NCBI GenBank assembly: GCA_965205505.1
Contig: CBDBHB010000008.1
Coordinates: 960,001 to 1,024,000, forward strand
Direction: 5' to 3'
Length of the DNA: 64,000 nucleotides
Source: Acidobacteriota bacterium
GTDB taxonomy: Bacteria; Acidobacteriota; UBA890; WLXD01
In this document: positions 9,319-17,223 of the stretch, in pieces
Layout: every line of letters begins with the position of its first letter
How positions within the stretch are numbered: position 1 is the first letter of the stretch
Notes under the pieces: generated by a model
The model's database searches: none
What the model saw: the letters and a program-made list of their open reading frames with translations, nothing else
What the model was told of the DNA's origin: nothing
Position numbers and translations under genes: made by a program

Positions 9319-11153
9319 CTTCCTTCGAGATCCTCTGTTACCAGGGTGACGTCGTCGCTGTTGCCGGTCATTTCCCAGCGAATGAGTGACATCGGTATGT
9401 TGCCGGCCGACAGGAACTCATCGACGAAATCACGAAGCACGAATTCGTCACCGAGCTTCTGCGCCCGTTCTCTGAACAGTTTCATGAAATAAGCCTTGCC
9501 GGTAACAACGTTGCTATGAAAGCCACCCGGGTTACGCAGGTTGGACTGCATTTCAAACCAGACCATACCTTCATCTTCTTGTGACCAGCCGCGCGGCATG
9601 ATCTCGGCACACAGACGCCTCGCCTCGGCCAGGTTGATCTCGTTGGCGTGCATTTTCATGTCCGGTATCGCGAGGCTCATATGCGAGGCATTCATCAAGT
9701 ATTCCATTTCCCTGCCCTTGCGCGGCCGATCGTCGAGTACGCCAGCCTGCATCAACAACTCCTCGAGTGCTACGGCCCAACCCTCGGTGCGCATCGAGTC
9801 CATGTTGTAGCGGCGCCCGGCGCTGCGGATCGGGCTCCTGGTCAGGCGCTCCTGTCTTTGAAAATCGAGCATGTGCCCAATGAACTCGTGGGTTTCGCCG
9901 GGCAGTATCTCGCGCTGGCGGACCTTGGTGTCGATACTCGTGTTTTCGGGCAGGAACCGGTCACTGGAATCGTCACCCTCTCGGGCGAGACGCTCATCGA
10001 GCTCAGCGAGGGTCTCGAAGCCCGTGTAGTCCGCTGGGTTCACCCAATCGTCGATGGTCATGATCTCTTCGTCGCGCAAGAAATCGACGACATGATTGAG
10101 CGCGTGGTACAGGCTGGTCTCGAATTCCTTTTCGTTCGAGGCTACCTGCAGGGGCGGCAGGTTGCGATTTCGGTGTTCTTCGAGCTTCAGGAACGTGATG
10201 ATGCGATCGTATTCTCTCTGGATAATCGCGTTGTTTTCTTCCCAGCCCCACGGAGACAACTGCACGTTGCGCATCCACCAGCTGTAGTTTTCCTTGCCGA
10301 TCCCGGCCGCGGCGGTCATCTCGTGCTTGGTCGCTTCCAGCCATTCGGCATAGTCACGTACCGCCTTCCCGGCGCCGAGCGCATCGGCCGCCAGGTCCGG
10401 ATGATGTTCCTCGAGCTGCGCGGCAATTCGGACATAGGTCTCGGCTTCGCGCGCAGAGTTCCGAACCGCGAGCTCGGCGAGATCAGCGGCCGCTTCGGTA
10501 AGGTTGGTCCTCGCCTGCACGTAGATTCCGGGGATAGCCCTCAGCGCCGCCCGGTATCGTGCCTTTTCGTCCTCCGAGAAAGGGGGTCGCAGGGAAAAGA
10601 GCGCAGACCTGAGGCTCGCGGCGTTCATTGACGCCCCCGCGTCTCCCCCTCTGATCGAATAGAAACCGGGGTCACGTGCCCAAGGCTTGAGCACCCGGTG
10701 ATGGAACTCCAGGGCGTTCATTTCGGCACGAACCAAGTGATAATCGACTCTTTGCCAGACGGGCCAATCACCCGTTTCCATCGCAGCCAGGCGCTCTTGA
10801 AACTGCTTCAGGCCACGGTATTGCTCTCTAATTGCGGCAGCGCTGTAGTCGGGTACGCCGTTGTTGTTGTTGGTTGATTCCTGAAATCCACGAAACTCAT
10901 CGAACAAACCCGCAAGATCGCCATAGTTGCTGCTGGTGGTGATTCTCCCGGGAATCTGCTTGCGGGGGAGGGCAAGGAGCGACGACGAGGCGATGCTGGA
11001 GTCATCGCGGGGGAGGAGCGGCGCCGCCAGTCGTCCGTAATTCCCACTTGCCCGTAGGGTTGTGCCGCCAACCAGATCCATCACACTTTCACCACGGCCT
11101 GCTAGCAATAGCATCACGGAACAAGTCGCACAAACAACGTACCGAGTTGACAT
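9315..11153 (-). CDS. DUF885-like exported protein with an element-derived N-terminal insert
   Basis: AGGAG RBS at start; VDYHLVRAEMN, PWARDPGFY, REILPGETH..GH, EGWA, F+DEFL..G.IP.SLIRWE. About 52 N-terminal codons derive from the repeat element. Confidence 0.82.
   Translation of the reverse strand: MSTRYVVCATCSVMLLLAGRGESVMDLVGGTTLRASGNYGRLAAPLLPRDDSSIASSSLLALPRKQIPGRITTSSNYGDLAGLFDEFRGFQESTNNNNGVPDYSAAAIREQYRGLKQFQERLAAMETGDWPVWQRVDYHLVRAEMNALEFHHRVLKPWARDPGFYSIRGGDAGASMNAASLRSALFSLRPPFSEDEKARYRAALRAIPGIYVQARTNLTEAAADLAELAVRNSAREAETYVRIAAQLEEHHPDLAADALGAGKAVRDYAEWLEATKHEMTAAAGIGKENYSWWMRNVQLSPWGWEENNAIIQREYDRIITFLKLEEHRNRNLPPLQVASNEKEFETSLYHALNHVVDFLRDEEIMTIDDWVNPADYTGFETLAELDERLAREGDDSSDRFLPENTSIDTKVRQREILPGETHEFIGHMLDFQRQERLTRSPIRSAGRRYNMDSMRTEGWAVALEELLMQAGVLDDRPRKGREMEYLMNASHMSLAIPDMKMHANEINLAEARRLCAEIMPRGWSQEDEGMVWFEMQSNLRNPGGFHSNVVTGKAYFMKLFRERAQKLGDEFVLRDFVDEFLSAGNIPMSLIRWEMTGNSDDVTLVTEDLEGS
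10950..11105 (-). mobile_element. Partial type-A miniature element read in frame inside the DUF885-like gene
   Basis: CTAG 11102-11105; TIR 11072-11101 (28/30 match); CCCTACGGG linker; core GCAAGG..GAGGCGATG-N7-CATCG..GAGGA at about 10972-11028. Second TIR absent. Confidence 0.85.
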
Positions 11154-11349
11154 GCTTGCGTCTCCTTTGCTTCCTATCCGAGGAATCGGCTGAGACTCAA
11201 TGACGGATGCGGAGTGTTGTGCATACCGATTCCCGGCGGCGATTGTATCGGCTCAGCGATTCTACGATGCCGAAAACCAACGGGCCCTACCATGCCGTGG
11301 CGGATCCGGCTCAGCGTGAGCCTCGAGGAAGCCGCCACGATGGCCCTGT

Positions 11350-11450
11350 TGTACTCCAGCCCGAACTTCGCACACCAGTACTGGATCGCCTCGTGCGAGA
11401 CGGTGACACCTCGCTCCGCGAGGAGAGCTTCGACGTCTCGGAGGCTTACA
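11350..11450 (+). mobile_element. Possible decayed IS (IS6-associated ORF-like) fragment at the island edge
   Basis: Translation ELRTPVLDRLVRDGDTSLREESFDVSEA resembles short ORFs I associate with IS6-family elements. Recognition from memory only. Confidence 0.3.
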
Positions 11451-11470
11451 GGCCGTGGTGATCTATCGGG

Positions 11471-12715
11471 CTATTCCCCCACGATGACGAGATCTAACGG
11501 AGACTTTAGAGGCTGATACGCAGTATCCGCTTTGAACATCAGCGTATCGACGTAATAGGTGATTCCTGACATGCGGGGCGAGAAACACTGGCTCTCGAAA
11601 TTAACGACTGTCCCCGGCTCAAACATCCTCTCCGTCTCGGTATCCGTCATCACGTAGACATAATTGCCGACCCAATCGGGCGGAAAGGCAACGCCGAGCT
11701 CATACCCGCCGACCCAGGCAGCATCGGACCAAATCCCGACCTCGTCGTAGTAGGCCCTGGTCTTGGTCACGAGCTCTGCAACCGGCAGGTTGGGACGCAG
11801 CATCTCGGCGATCACGTCGAAAACACCCGTGGAACGCCGGTGATAGTCCATCACGTCCTTGGCCGGTTCTCCGACATGAAATGACCGTCCGGCATTGCAA
11901 TGATAGCGGTTGAACACACCACTGACATCGACATTGACTTGTTCACCCGCCTTGATCACCTTTCGGCTGGCCAGCGAATGGCCGCAATTGGCTTTCAGCC
12001 CTGAATTCACCGGCAACGTGATTCCGGGGTTCTCTCCGCCCGCCTTCGCCATGGCATGAGCGATCTCGCCGTACACGTCGAGCTCGGTGACACCGGCCCG
12101 GATGGCATTCTTCGCCGCCTGCAAACCGATGTCGGTGATTTTCGCGGCCTTCTCGATACAGGCGATCTCGGCTTCCGATTTGACCCAACGAATATCGCGC
12201 AAGATATCGCTACCGTCGATCACGCTCATACCAGCACTCTCGAAGGCTTCCCAGAACCGCGTGCTGATCGCGGGATTGGGCCGATAGCTATGACATTCCA
12301 TTCCGACCGTGCCAGAAGACATCCAGCCCTGGGATTTCAGTTCGTCGATAATGAATGACATGCCATCGCGACGCCCGCCCAGCGGGAACATCCGGATGTC
12401 CGTCGCGCAGGTGACGAAGCGACACATGATGCCTTCGCTGGGCGTGTCGAACAGGATGAAATCGTCGCGGTCCTTGTGAATTGCAATTCCGCTCGTCGCG
12501 GGCCATTGTTTGGGGCCTTGCGCCTGATACCAGATGCATTTGTAGCCGCTCACATAGTAAAGGCTTTCGGGGGCCATGAGCCACAACACATCAATGCCGT
12601 TGCCGTCCATACGCGCACGGATGCGCTGAAGACGATGTTGACATTCTTCCAGGCTGAACGCCGGTTCGACCTCTGGCTGGCACTCCTGAAGGGCAAGATC
12701 TCGGTTTCTTCCCAA
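11471..12715 (-). CDS. M24/creatinase-fold hydrolase, DoeA/EutD (ectoine hydrolase)-like
   Basis: Creatinase N-domain (YYVSGY), RWVKSEAEI, SGVFNRYHC, GYELGVAFPPDW (compare DoeA GYSIGLSYPPDW). Confidence 0.8.
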   Translation of the reverse strand: MGRNRDLALQECQPEVEPAFSLEECQHRLQRIRARMDGNGIDVLWLMAPESLYYVSGYKCIWYQAQGPKQWPATSGIAIHKDRDDFILFDTPSEGIMCRFVTCATDIRMFPLGGRRDGMSFIIDELKSQGWMSSGTVGMECHSYRPNPAISTRFWEAFESAGMSVIDGSDILRDIRWVKSEAEIACIEKAAKITDIGLQAAKNAIRAGVTELDVYGEIAHAMAKAGGENPGITLPVNSGLKANCGHSLASRKVIKAGEQVNVDVSGVFNRYHCNAGRSFHVGEPAKDVMDYHRRSTGVFDVIAEMLRPNLPVAELVTKTRAYYDEVGIWSDAAWVGGYELGVAFPPDWVGNYVYVMTDTETERMFEPGTVVNFESQCFSPRMSGITYYVDTLMFKADTAYQPLKSPLDLVIVGE

Positions 12716-12740
12716 TTACCGCCTCCTTCACTTACATGAC

Positions 12741-12759
12741 TTGTCGTTCGATCCGACAA
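12741..12759. promoter_or_regulatory. Candidate operator dyad in the 85-bp divergent spacer
   Basis: TTGTCG-N7-CGACAA inverted repeat between the M24 gene and the dmf genes. Confidence 0.45.
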
Positions 12760-12800
12760 TTGAACCCGAACAGTGATCAGAACGACTATCGGGGTGTCCA

Positions 12801-13100
12801 ATGTATCAGATCGATCCTTTGAGAACGGACCTCGTTGAGGAGTTTCGAAATAGCCCTGGGGGCCCTTATAGTCGCGACCTCACTCTCGTTGTGAACCGGT
12901 TACGAGTAATGCCAATGGCAGATCGCCATATTCTCGTTTGCACGCAGCGCGGCCGCGAATGGATTCTGGCGAAAATGCCATCGAAACGTGGCACCGCGCT
13001 GGAACTCTTCGAAGATCATGTCTTCGACGACTACCATGAAGGCGTACGGGAGGTTTTCAAACTGCGGTGGCAAACCGTAACGGGAACCGACCTGTCATGA
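12801..13100 (+). CDS. dmfA1: N,N-dimethylformamidase small subunit-like protein
   Basis: 99 aa; EEFRNSPGGPYSRDL..VNRLR, REVFKLRW; directly upstream of the large subunit. Confidence 0.75.
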   Translation: MYQIDPLRTDLVEEFRNSPGGPYSRDLTLVVNRLRVMPMADRHILVCTQRGREWILAKMPSKRGTALELFEDHVFDDYHEGVREVFKLRWQTVTGTDLS

Positions 13101-13131
13101 GCGGATTGCCAGTGGCTAAGGAGCCGACCGC

Positions 13132-15366
13132 GTGAAAACGATACTGGGATATACAAACGTATGGGGGATCGCTCCGGGAGAGACGCTCAACGTCATGGTC
13201 AGTACATACGGTCCTGAGCGCTATCGAGCCGATCTGGTTCGCATCATCTGCGGAGACGACCACCCCGACCATGATATCTATCGTGAAGAAGAACTTGATG
13301 CACCGTTCAGCGGTGAGTATCGAGGCCGGCTACAGCCGATTGACTGCGGATCATATGCAGTGGTAGCTAACTCCGTTGAACTCGCTGCGCTCGAAAGCTT
13401 CACTGTTCTGGCGTGGATATGGCCGACCACACCCCCCAAGGGAGAACAGGGTCTCATTGCGAGGTGGCAGGACGATCCAGCCCTCGGGTTTGCTCTGCTG
13501 ATCGACGACACTGGCGCGCTTGCCCTGCGCGTGGGCGACGGTGGCGGAAACGTGGCGGAGATCAGCACGGGCGAGCCGTTGGCGATGCGGCGCTGGTATC
13601 TGGTTAGCGGGTCGTATGACGCACTCACGGGCGAGCTCAACGTCTATCAAGAACCCGTTAATGTCGACCATGAACGTCACGAAGTCGCCCAGGCAACGAG
13701 TCGGGTTGAACTCGACGTTGCGGCCAACTCCGCTTCGCCGCTCATGTTTGCGGCATTACCCACGACGCTATCGACAGGGAAACCCGGATCTCAATGTCAC
13801 TACAATGGCAAGATCGACCGGCCCCGCCTGGCTGCCGGGGTATTGTCTCCGGCGGAACGTTCAGCGATGGCGCGGGATGCGCTGCCCCATGAACGAAACA
13901 CTCAAGTGATTGGCGCCTGGGACTTCTCACGTGACATTGGTGGCGGCGTAATAAGTGATGTTGGTCCTAACAGGCTTCACGGGAAGACGGTCAACCTGCC
14001 ATCACGCGGTTGCAAAGGCCATAACTGGACCGGCACGGAGCAGAATTGGGCTCACGCACCACAGGAATATGGTGCTATCCATTTCCACGACGATGACCTT
14101 TATGACGCCGGATGGGAGACCGATTTCGAATACATCGTGCCTGATGAGCTGCGAAGTGGTGTTTACGCAGTGCGTCTGACAACCGACGATGACGAATGGT
14201 ACGTTACCTTCTTCGTCCGACCAACTCGGGGTACCACCACCTCAAAACTCGCCTTCTTGGTTTCGACGGTAACCTATATGGCGTATTCCAATTATCACTG
14301 GTTATTCCATGAACGCTTTTGCGAGGTGGCCGAAACCATGTGGACCACGTTGGACAGAGGCGACGTCTTTCTGCAGGAGCACACCGAAGTCGGGTTATCG
14401 ACCTACGATACGCATTCTGACGGGAGCGGTGTGCGCTATGCATCACGATTGCGTCCCGTGCTCAATATGGCACCAAAGACCCCCTTATGGAGTTTCAATG
14501 CCGATACCCACATACTGGGTTGGTTGGAAGCTCACGGTATTGAATACGATGTGATTACCGATGAGGACCTTCACGAGGAAGGTGCCGCGCTGCTTGATGG
14601 ATACCAGGCCGTGCTGACGGGCACGCATCCTGAGTACTACACCACGCCCATGTGGGACGGGCTGCGCGCGTATCTCGCAAGAGGGGGTCGTATAGTCTAT
14701 CTCGGCGGCAATGGTTTCGTCTGGCGCTGCGCCCTTTCATCCGAAATGTCCGGCGTTGTCGAGTTGCGCCGGCCAGAAGACGGTATTCGGTACCGTGATG
14801 AAGAGCCCGGTGAATATTATCTGGAATTCACCGGAGAATACGGTGGTTTGTGGCGACGCCTCGGCATGGCACCACAGGCTTTGGTCGGCGTCGGCACGGT
14901 CGCCGCCGGGTTTGATGCTTCCGGTTGTTACAAGCGTAAGAAGGCGAGCTTTGATCCTCGAGTCAGTTTCATGTTCGAGGACATCGGTGATGATGAAGTG
15001 ATCGGAGATTTCGGTATTCGCGGCGGCGGTGCCAGTGGTTCTGAAATCGATGCTGCGGACCCGATGCTGGGAACACCATCCCATGCTCTGGTCGTTGCTA
15101 GTTCAGAAGGTCACACTGAAAATACGTATTTGGTACCAGACGAGACCGGCTTTCATCATAGTGCCATGGATGGCATTCAGAACCCACACATTCGGGCGGA
15201 CATGACGTTCTTCGAAACGCCTGGAGGCGGTGCCGTATTCTCCGTTGGATCAATCGCTTGGAGTGCGAGTCTTCCGCACAATGGTTATGAGAACAACGTA
15301 TCCCGGATTTCGGAGAATGTGGTTCGGCGCTTCCTCGATGATAAGCCCTTTGCCATGCCCGAATGA
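13132..15366 (+). CDS. dmfA2: N,N-dimethylformamidase large subunit-like protein
   Basis: PQEYGAIHFHDDDLYDAGW, TYMAYSN, LSTYDTHSDGSG, TGTHPEY, YLGGNGF, RADMTFFETPGGGAVFSVGSIAW. Confidence 0.9.
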   Translation: MKTILGYTNVWGIAPGETLNVMVSTYGPERYRADLVRIICGDDHPDHDIYREEELDAPFSGEYRGRLQPIDCGSYAVVANSVELAALESFTVLAWIWPTTPPKGEQGLIARWQDDPALGFALLIDDTGALALRVGDGGGNVAEISTGEPLAMRRWYLVSGSYDALTGELNVYQEPVNVDHERHEVAQATSRVELDVAANSASPLMFAALPTTLSTGKPGSQCHYNGKIDRPRLAAGVLSPAERSAMARDALPHERNTQVIGAWDFSRDIGGGVISDVGPNRLHGKTVNLPSRGCKGHNWTGTEQNWAHAPQEYGAIHFHDDDLYDAGWETDFEYIVPDELRSGVYAVRLTTDDDEWYVTFFVRPTRGTTTSKLAFLVSTVTYMAYSNYHWLFHERFCEVAETMWTTLDRGDVFLQEHTEVGLSTYDTHSDGSGVRYASRLRPVLNMAPKTPLWSFNADTHILGWLEAHGIEYDVITDEDLHEEGAALLDGYQAVLTGTHPEYYTTPMWDGLRAYLARGGRIVYLGGNGFVWRCALSSEMSGVVELRRPEDGIRYRDEEPGEYYLEFTGEYGGLWRRLGMAPQALVGVGTVAAGFDASGCYKRKKASFDPRVSFMFEDIGDDEVIGDFGIRGGGASGSEIDAADPMLGTPSHALVVASSEGHTENTYLVPDETGFHHSAMDGIQNPHIRADMTFFETPGGGAVFSVGSIAWSASLPHNGYENNVSRISENVVRRFLDDKPFAMPE

Positions 15367-15390
15367 CATGATGGCTCTGCGACGGTCAAG

Positions 15391-15421
15391 TAGGTGGATG
15401 GGCAAATAGGTGGATGGGCAA
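15391..15421 (+). repeat. Short tandem duplication at the right edge of the DMFase island
   Basis: TAGGTGGATGGGCAA twice with a 16-bp period. Confidence 0.8.
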
Positions 15422-15446
15422 CCAGCGGACCGACCGGTCTGGGAGG

Positions 15447-16271
15447 CTATCTCCCGGAACCCTGCAGCGCGGTCAGTCTCTCCCTTGCCCCCTGGTGATC
15501 CGGTCGTAGATCGAGCACCCGCTGGTAGTAGCGCACGGCTGTCTCTCCCTCGCCCTCTTCCTCGTACAGTCGGCCGAGGGTGAAGTTGATCGCCACGGAC
15601 TCTGGATAGAACTCGGCATTGAGCTCGTAGACCGTGATCGCTTCTGGCACTCGATCGTCGTCGGCGAGGCGCTCGCCGAGGGTGTTCATTTCCCATTCGC
15701 CGAAATCGAACGCGCCGCTCATGCCATAGTTCTCCCGCAGCTCCCGGTAGCGTGCCACAGGCGCATCGATGCCCTCGGCATCGAGTGTCAGGCGAAGATC
15801 GTCGGTCAGCAGCAGCGGGCTGGACTGTCCCCTGTGACACGTCTTGCACTGGATGCGAACCGGCGGGTCGCTGCGATCCGGAATCGAGGGAAGGATCTCG
15901 GCGTTGAGTCGCTCGACCATGCGCAACATGAACCGCGCCTTGCGCTTGTCAGGGTCGTCGTCGCTGTGGAACTCCACACCCGCGAACGAGATGCCGTCAC
16001 CGCCAACGTGGCAGTACTGGCATCGCACACCAAGCGCGAAAGAGAATCCGCGCATGATGTCGATGAGCTCCTCACGGGGGATGTCCTCGCGGAACACCCG
16101 CAGGTTCTGGAACTCGCTGGGCAACTGCGACGTGGTTGCGGATTCCGCGGTCACTACTGGCGCCGCGGCCACCGCAGCGATCCTGGCACCCGCGGCAGCA
16201 GGGAGGATGTACGGCGAGGCTATAGCCAGTATGGTCAGCAGGATCATCGGAAAGCTGCGCGGCACGCTCAT
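15447..16271 (-). CDS. Di-heme c-type cytochrome (reaction-centre cytochrome-like domain) with C-terminal TPR
   Basis: Signal peptide; NLRV..M..FS.ALGVRCQYCH, CKTCHRG; TPR-like tail. Confidence 0.85.
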   Translation of the reverse strand: MSVPRSFPMILLTILAIASPYILPAAAGARIAAVAAAPVVTAESATTSQLPSEFQNLRVFREDIPREELIDIMRGFSFALGVRCQYCHVGGDGISFAGVEFHSDDDPDKRKARFMLRMVERLNAEILPSIPDRSDPPVRIQCKTCHRGQSSPLLLTDDLRLTLDAEGIDAPVARYRELRENYGMSGAFDFGEWEMNTLGERLADDDRVPEAITVYELNAEFYPESVAINFTLGRLYEEEGEGETAVRYYQRVLDLRPDHQGARERLTALQGSGR

Positions 16272-16460
16272 GCCTACCTCCGGAGTTGTGAGCCAGTCGT
16301 GTGCTACCGGGAATGGTCCGCAGACTACCGGCTTCAGAGGTCCCGGTGGTGGCGTCAGCGCAAGACATCTGTGTGGTGGCCGTGAGGAAGATGTCAGGAA
16401 AGCGTCAGAAGCCGGATTCGAAACTGGGGGACCTCCGGGAGGCGACGTCGCGCCCCATCC

Positions 16461-16687
16461 CTACTCTTGGCCGGGCACTCGTTCGGTCTCTTGGCCGGTC
16501 GCTCGTTCAGCCGTTCCGCCAAAAGGCAGAGCGCGGCACGATATCCAAAAGGCCCCGAATCCCAGCAACGACACGGTCCGCGCCGCGAGTCGGCCGACGT
16601 ACGGCACGCTCGAGATCAGCGTCAGCAGGATCACGCCGATCATCAGTGGCAGGAACCGCGCCGCTGTCCCGCTCAGCTCGGCGTCTC
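16461..16687 (-). pseudogene. 3' remnant of a membrane-protein gene, cut at an element end
   Basis: LMIGVILLTLISSVPYVGRL..LLGFGAFW hydrophobic C-terminal segment begins right at CTAG 16688. Confidence 0.5.
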
Positions 16688-16707
16688 CTAGCAGGCCGTT
16701 GAAAGTG
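16688..16707 (+). repeat. Orphan element end fused to a MerR-type operator
   Basis: CTAG CAGGCCGTTGAAAGTG versus type-A CTAG CAGGCCGTGGTGAAAGTG. Confidence 0.65.
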
Positions 16708-16720
16708 AACTTCAAGTCAA
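16699..16720 (-). promoter_or_regulatory. SoxR/MerR-type -35 box and operator, apparently truncated
   Basis: Minus strand reads TTGACT TGAAGTTCACTTTCAA, resembling the SoxR box CCTCAAGTTAACTTGAGG. The expected -10 position is occupied by the element end. Confidence 0.6.
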
Positions 16721-16730
16721 GAGGGTTTCG

Positions 16731-17144
16731 ATGGGCGTGATGAAAATTGGCGAGGTTGCCGAAAAAGCAGGCCTACGGGCTTCGGCGCTCCGCTACTACG
16801 AGCGGATCGGGTTGTTGCCAGCGGCGAAACGAGAAAGCGGCCAGCGTCGTTACACGGACGAAATGCTGACTCGGCTGGCCGGGATCAAGGTGGCGCAGCA
16901 AGCCGGCTTCTCGGTGGAAGAAATCAAGCAGCTGTTCTACGGCTTTCAGCGACAGGCCAGGCCGTCGAAACGCTGGGCCGAGCTGGCTCGCGCGAAGCTG
17001 CCGGAGAGCGAGGCGCTGATTCGCCGCACCCGGGCGATGAAGACGCTACTGGAGGAAGGAATCCGGTGTGGCTGCAGCTGTCTGGAGGAGTGCAGCCTGA
17101 TCGAAGACGGAACGGCGGCGCGCCAGCAGCGTAGCTCCTTCTAG
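16731..17144 (+). CDS. MerR-family regulator, SoxR-like
   Basis: MKIGEVA..SALRYYERIGLL, GQRRY, GFSVEEIK; C-terminal CGCSCLEEC cysteine cluster. True start may be ATG 16740. Confidence 0.88.
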   Translation: MGVMKIGEVAEKAGLRASALRYYERIGLLPAAKRESGQRRYTDEMLTRLAGIKVAQQAGFSVEEIKQLFYGFQRQARPSKRWAELARAKLPESEALIRRTRAMKTLLEEGIRCGCSCLEECSLIEDGTAARQQRSSF

Positions 17145-17223
17145 ATCCATCCGACTGCCTCCTGCTATGGTCATCGAAAATCTGCTCTGGCCGGGACTGA
17201 AGATCGACTGAGGAGGGCTTGCA

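Noticed and set aside
15447-16271. Evidence for photosynthesis from the reaction-centre cytochrome-like domain
   Set aside because: Only two hemes plus a TPR, and no puf or bch genes; this domain is common in non-phototrophs.
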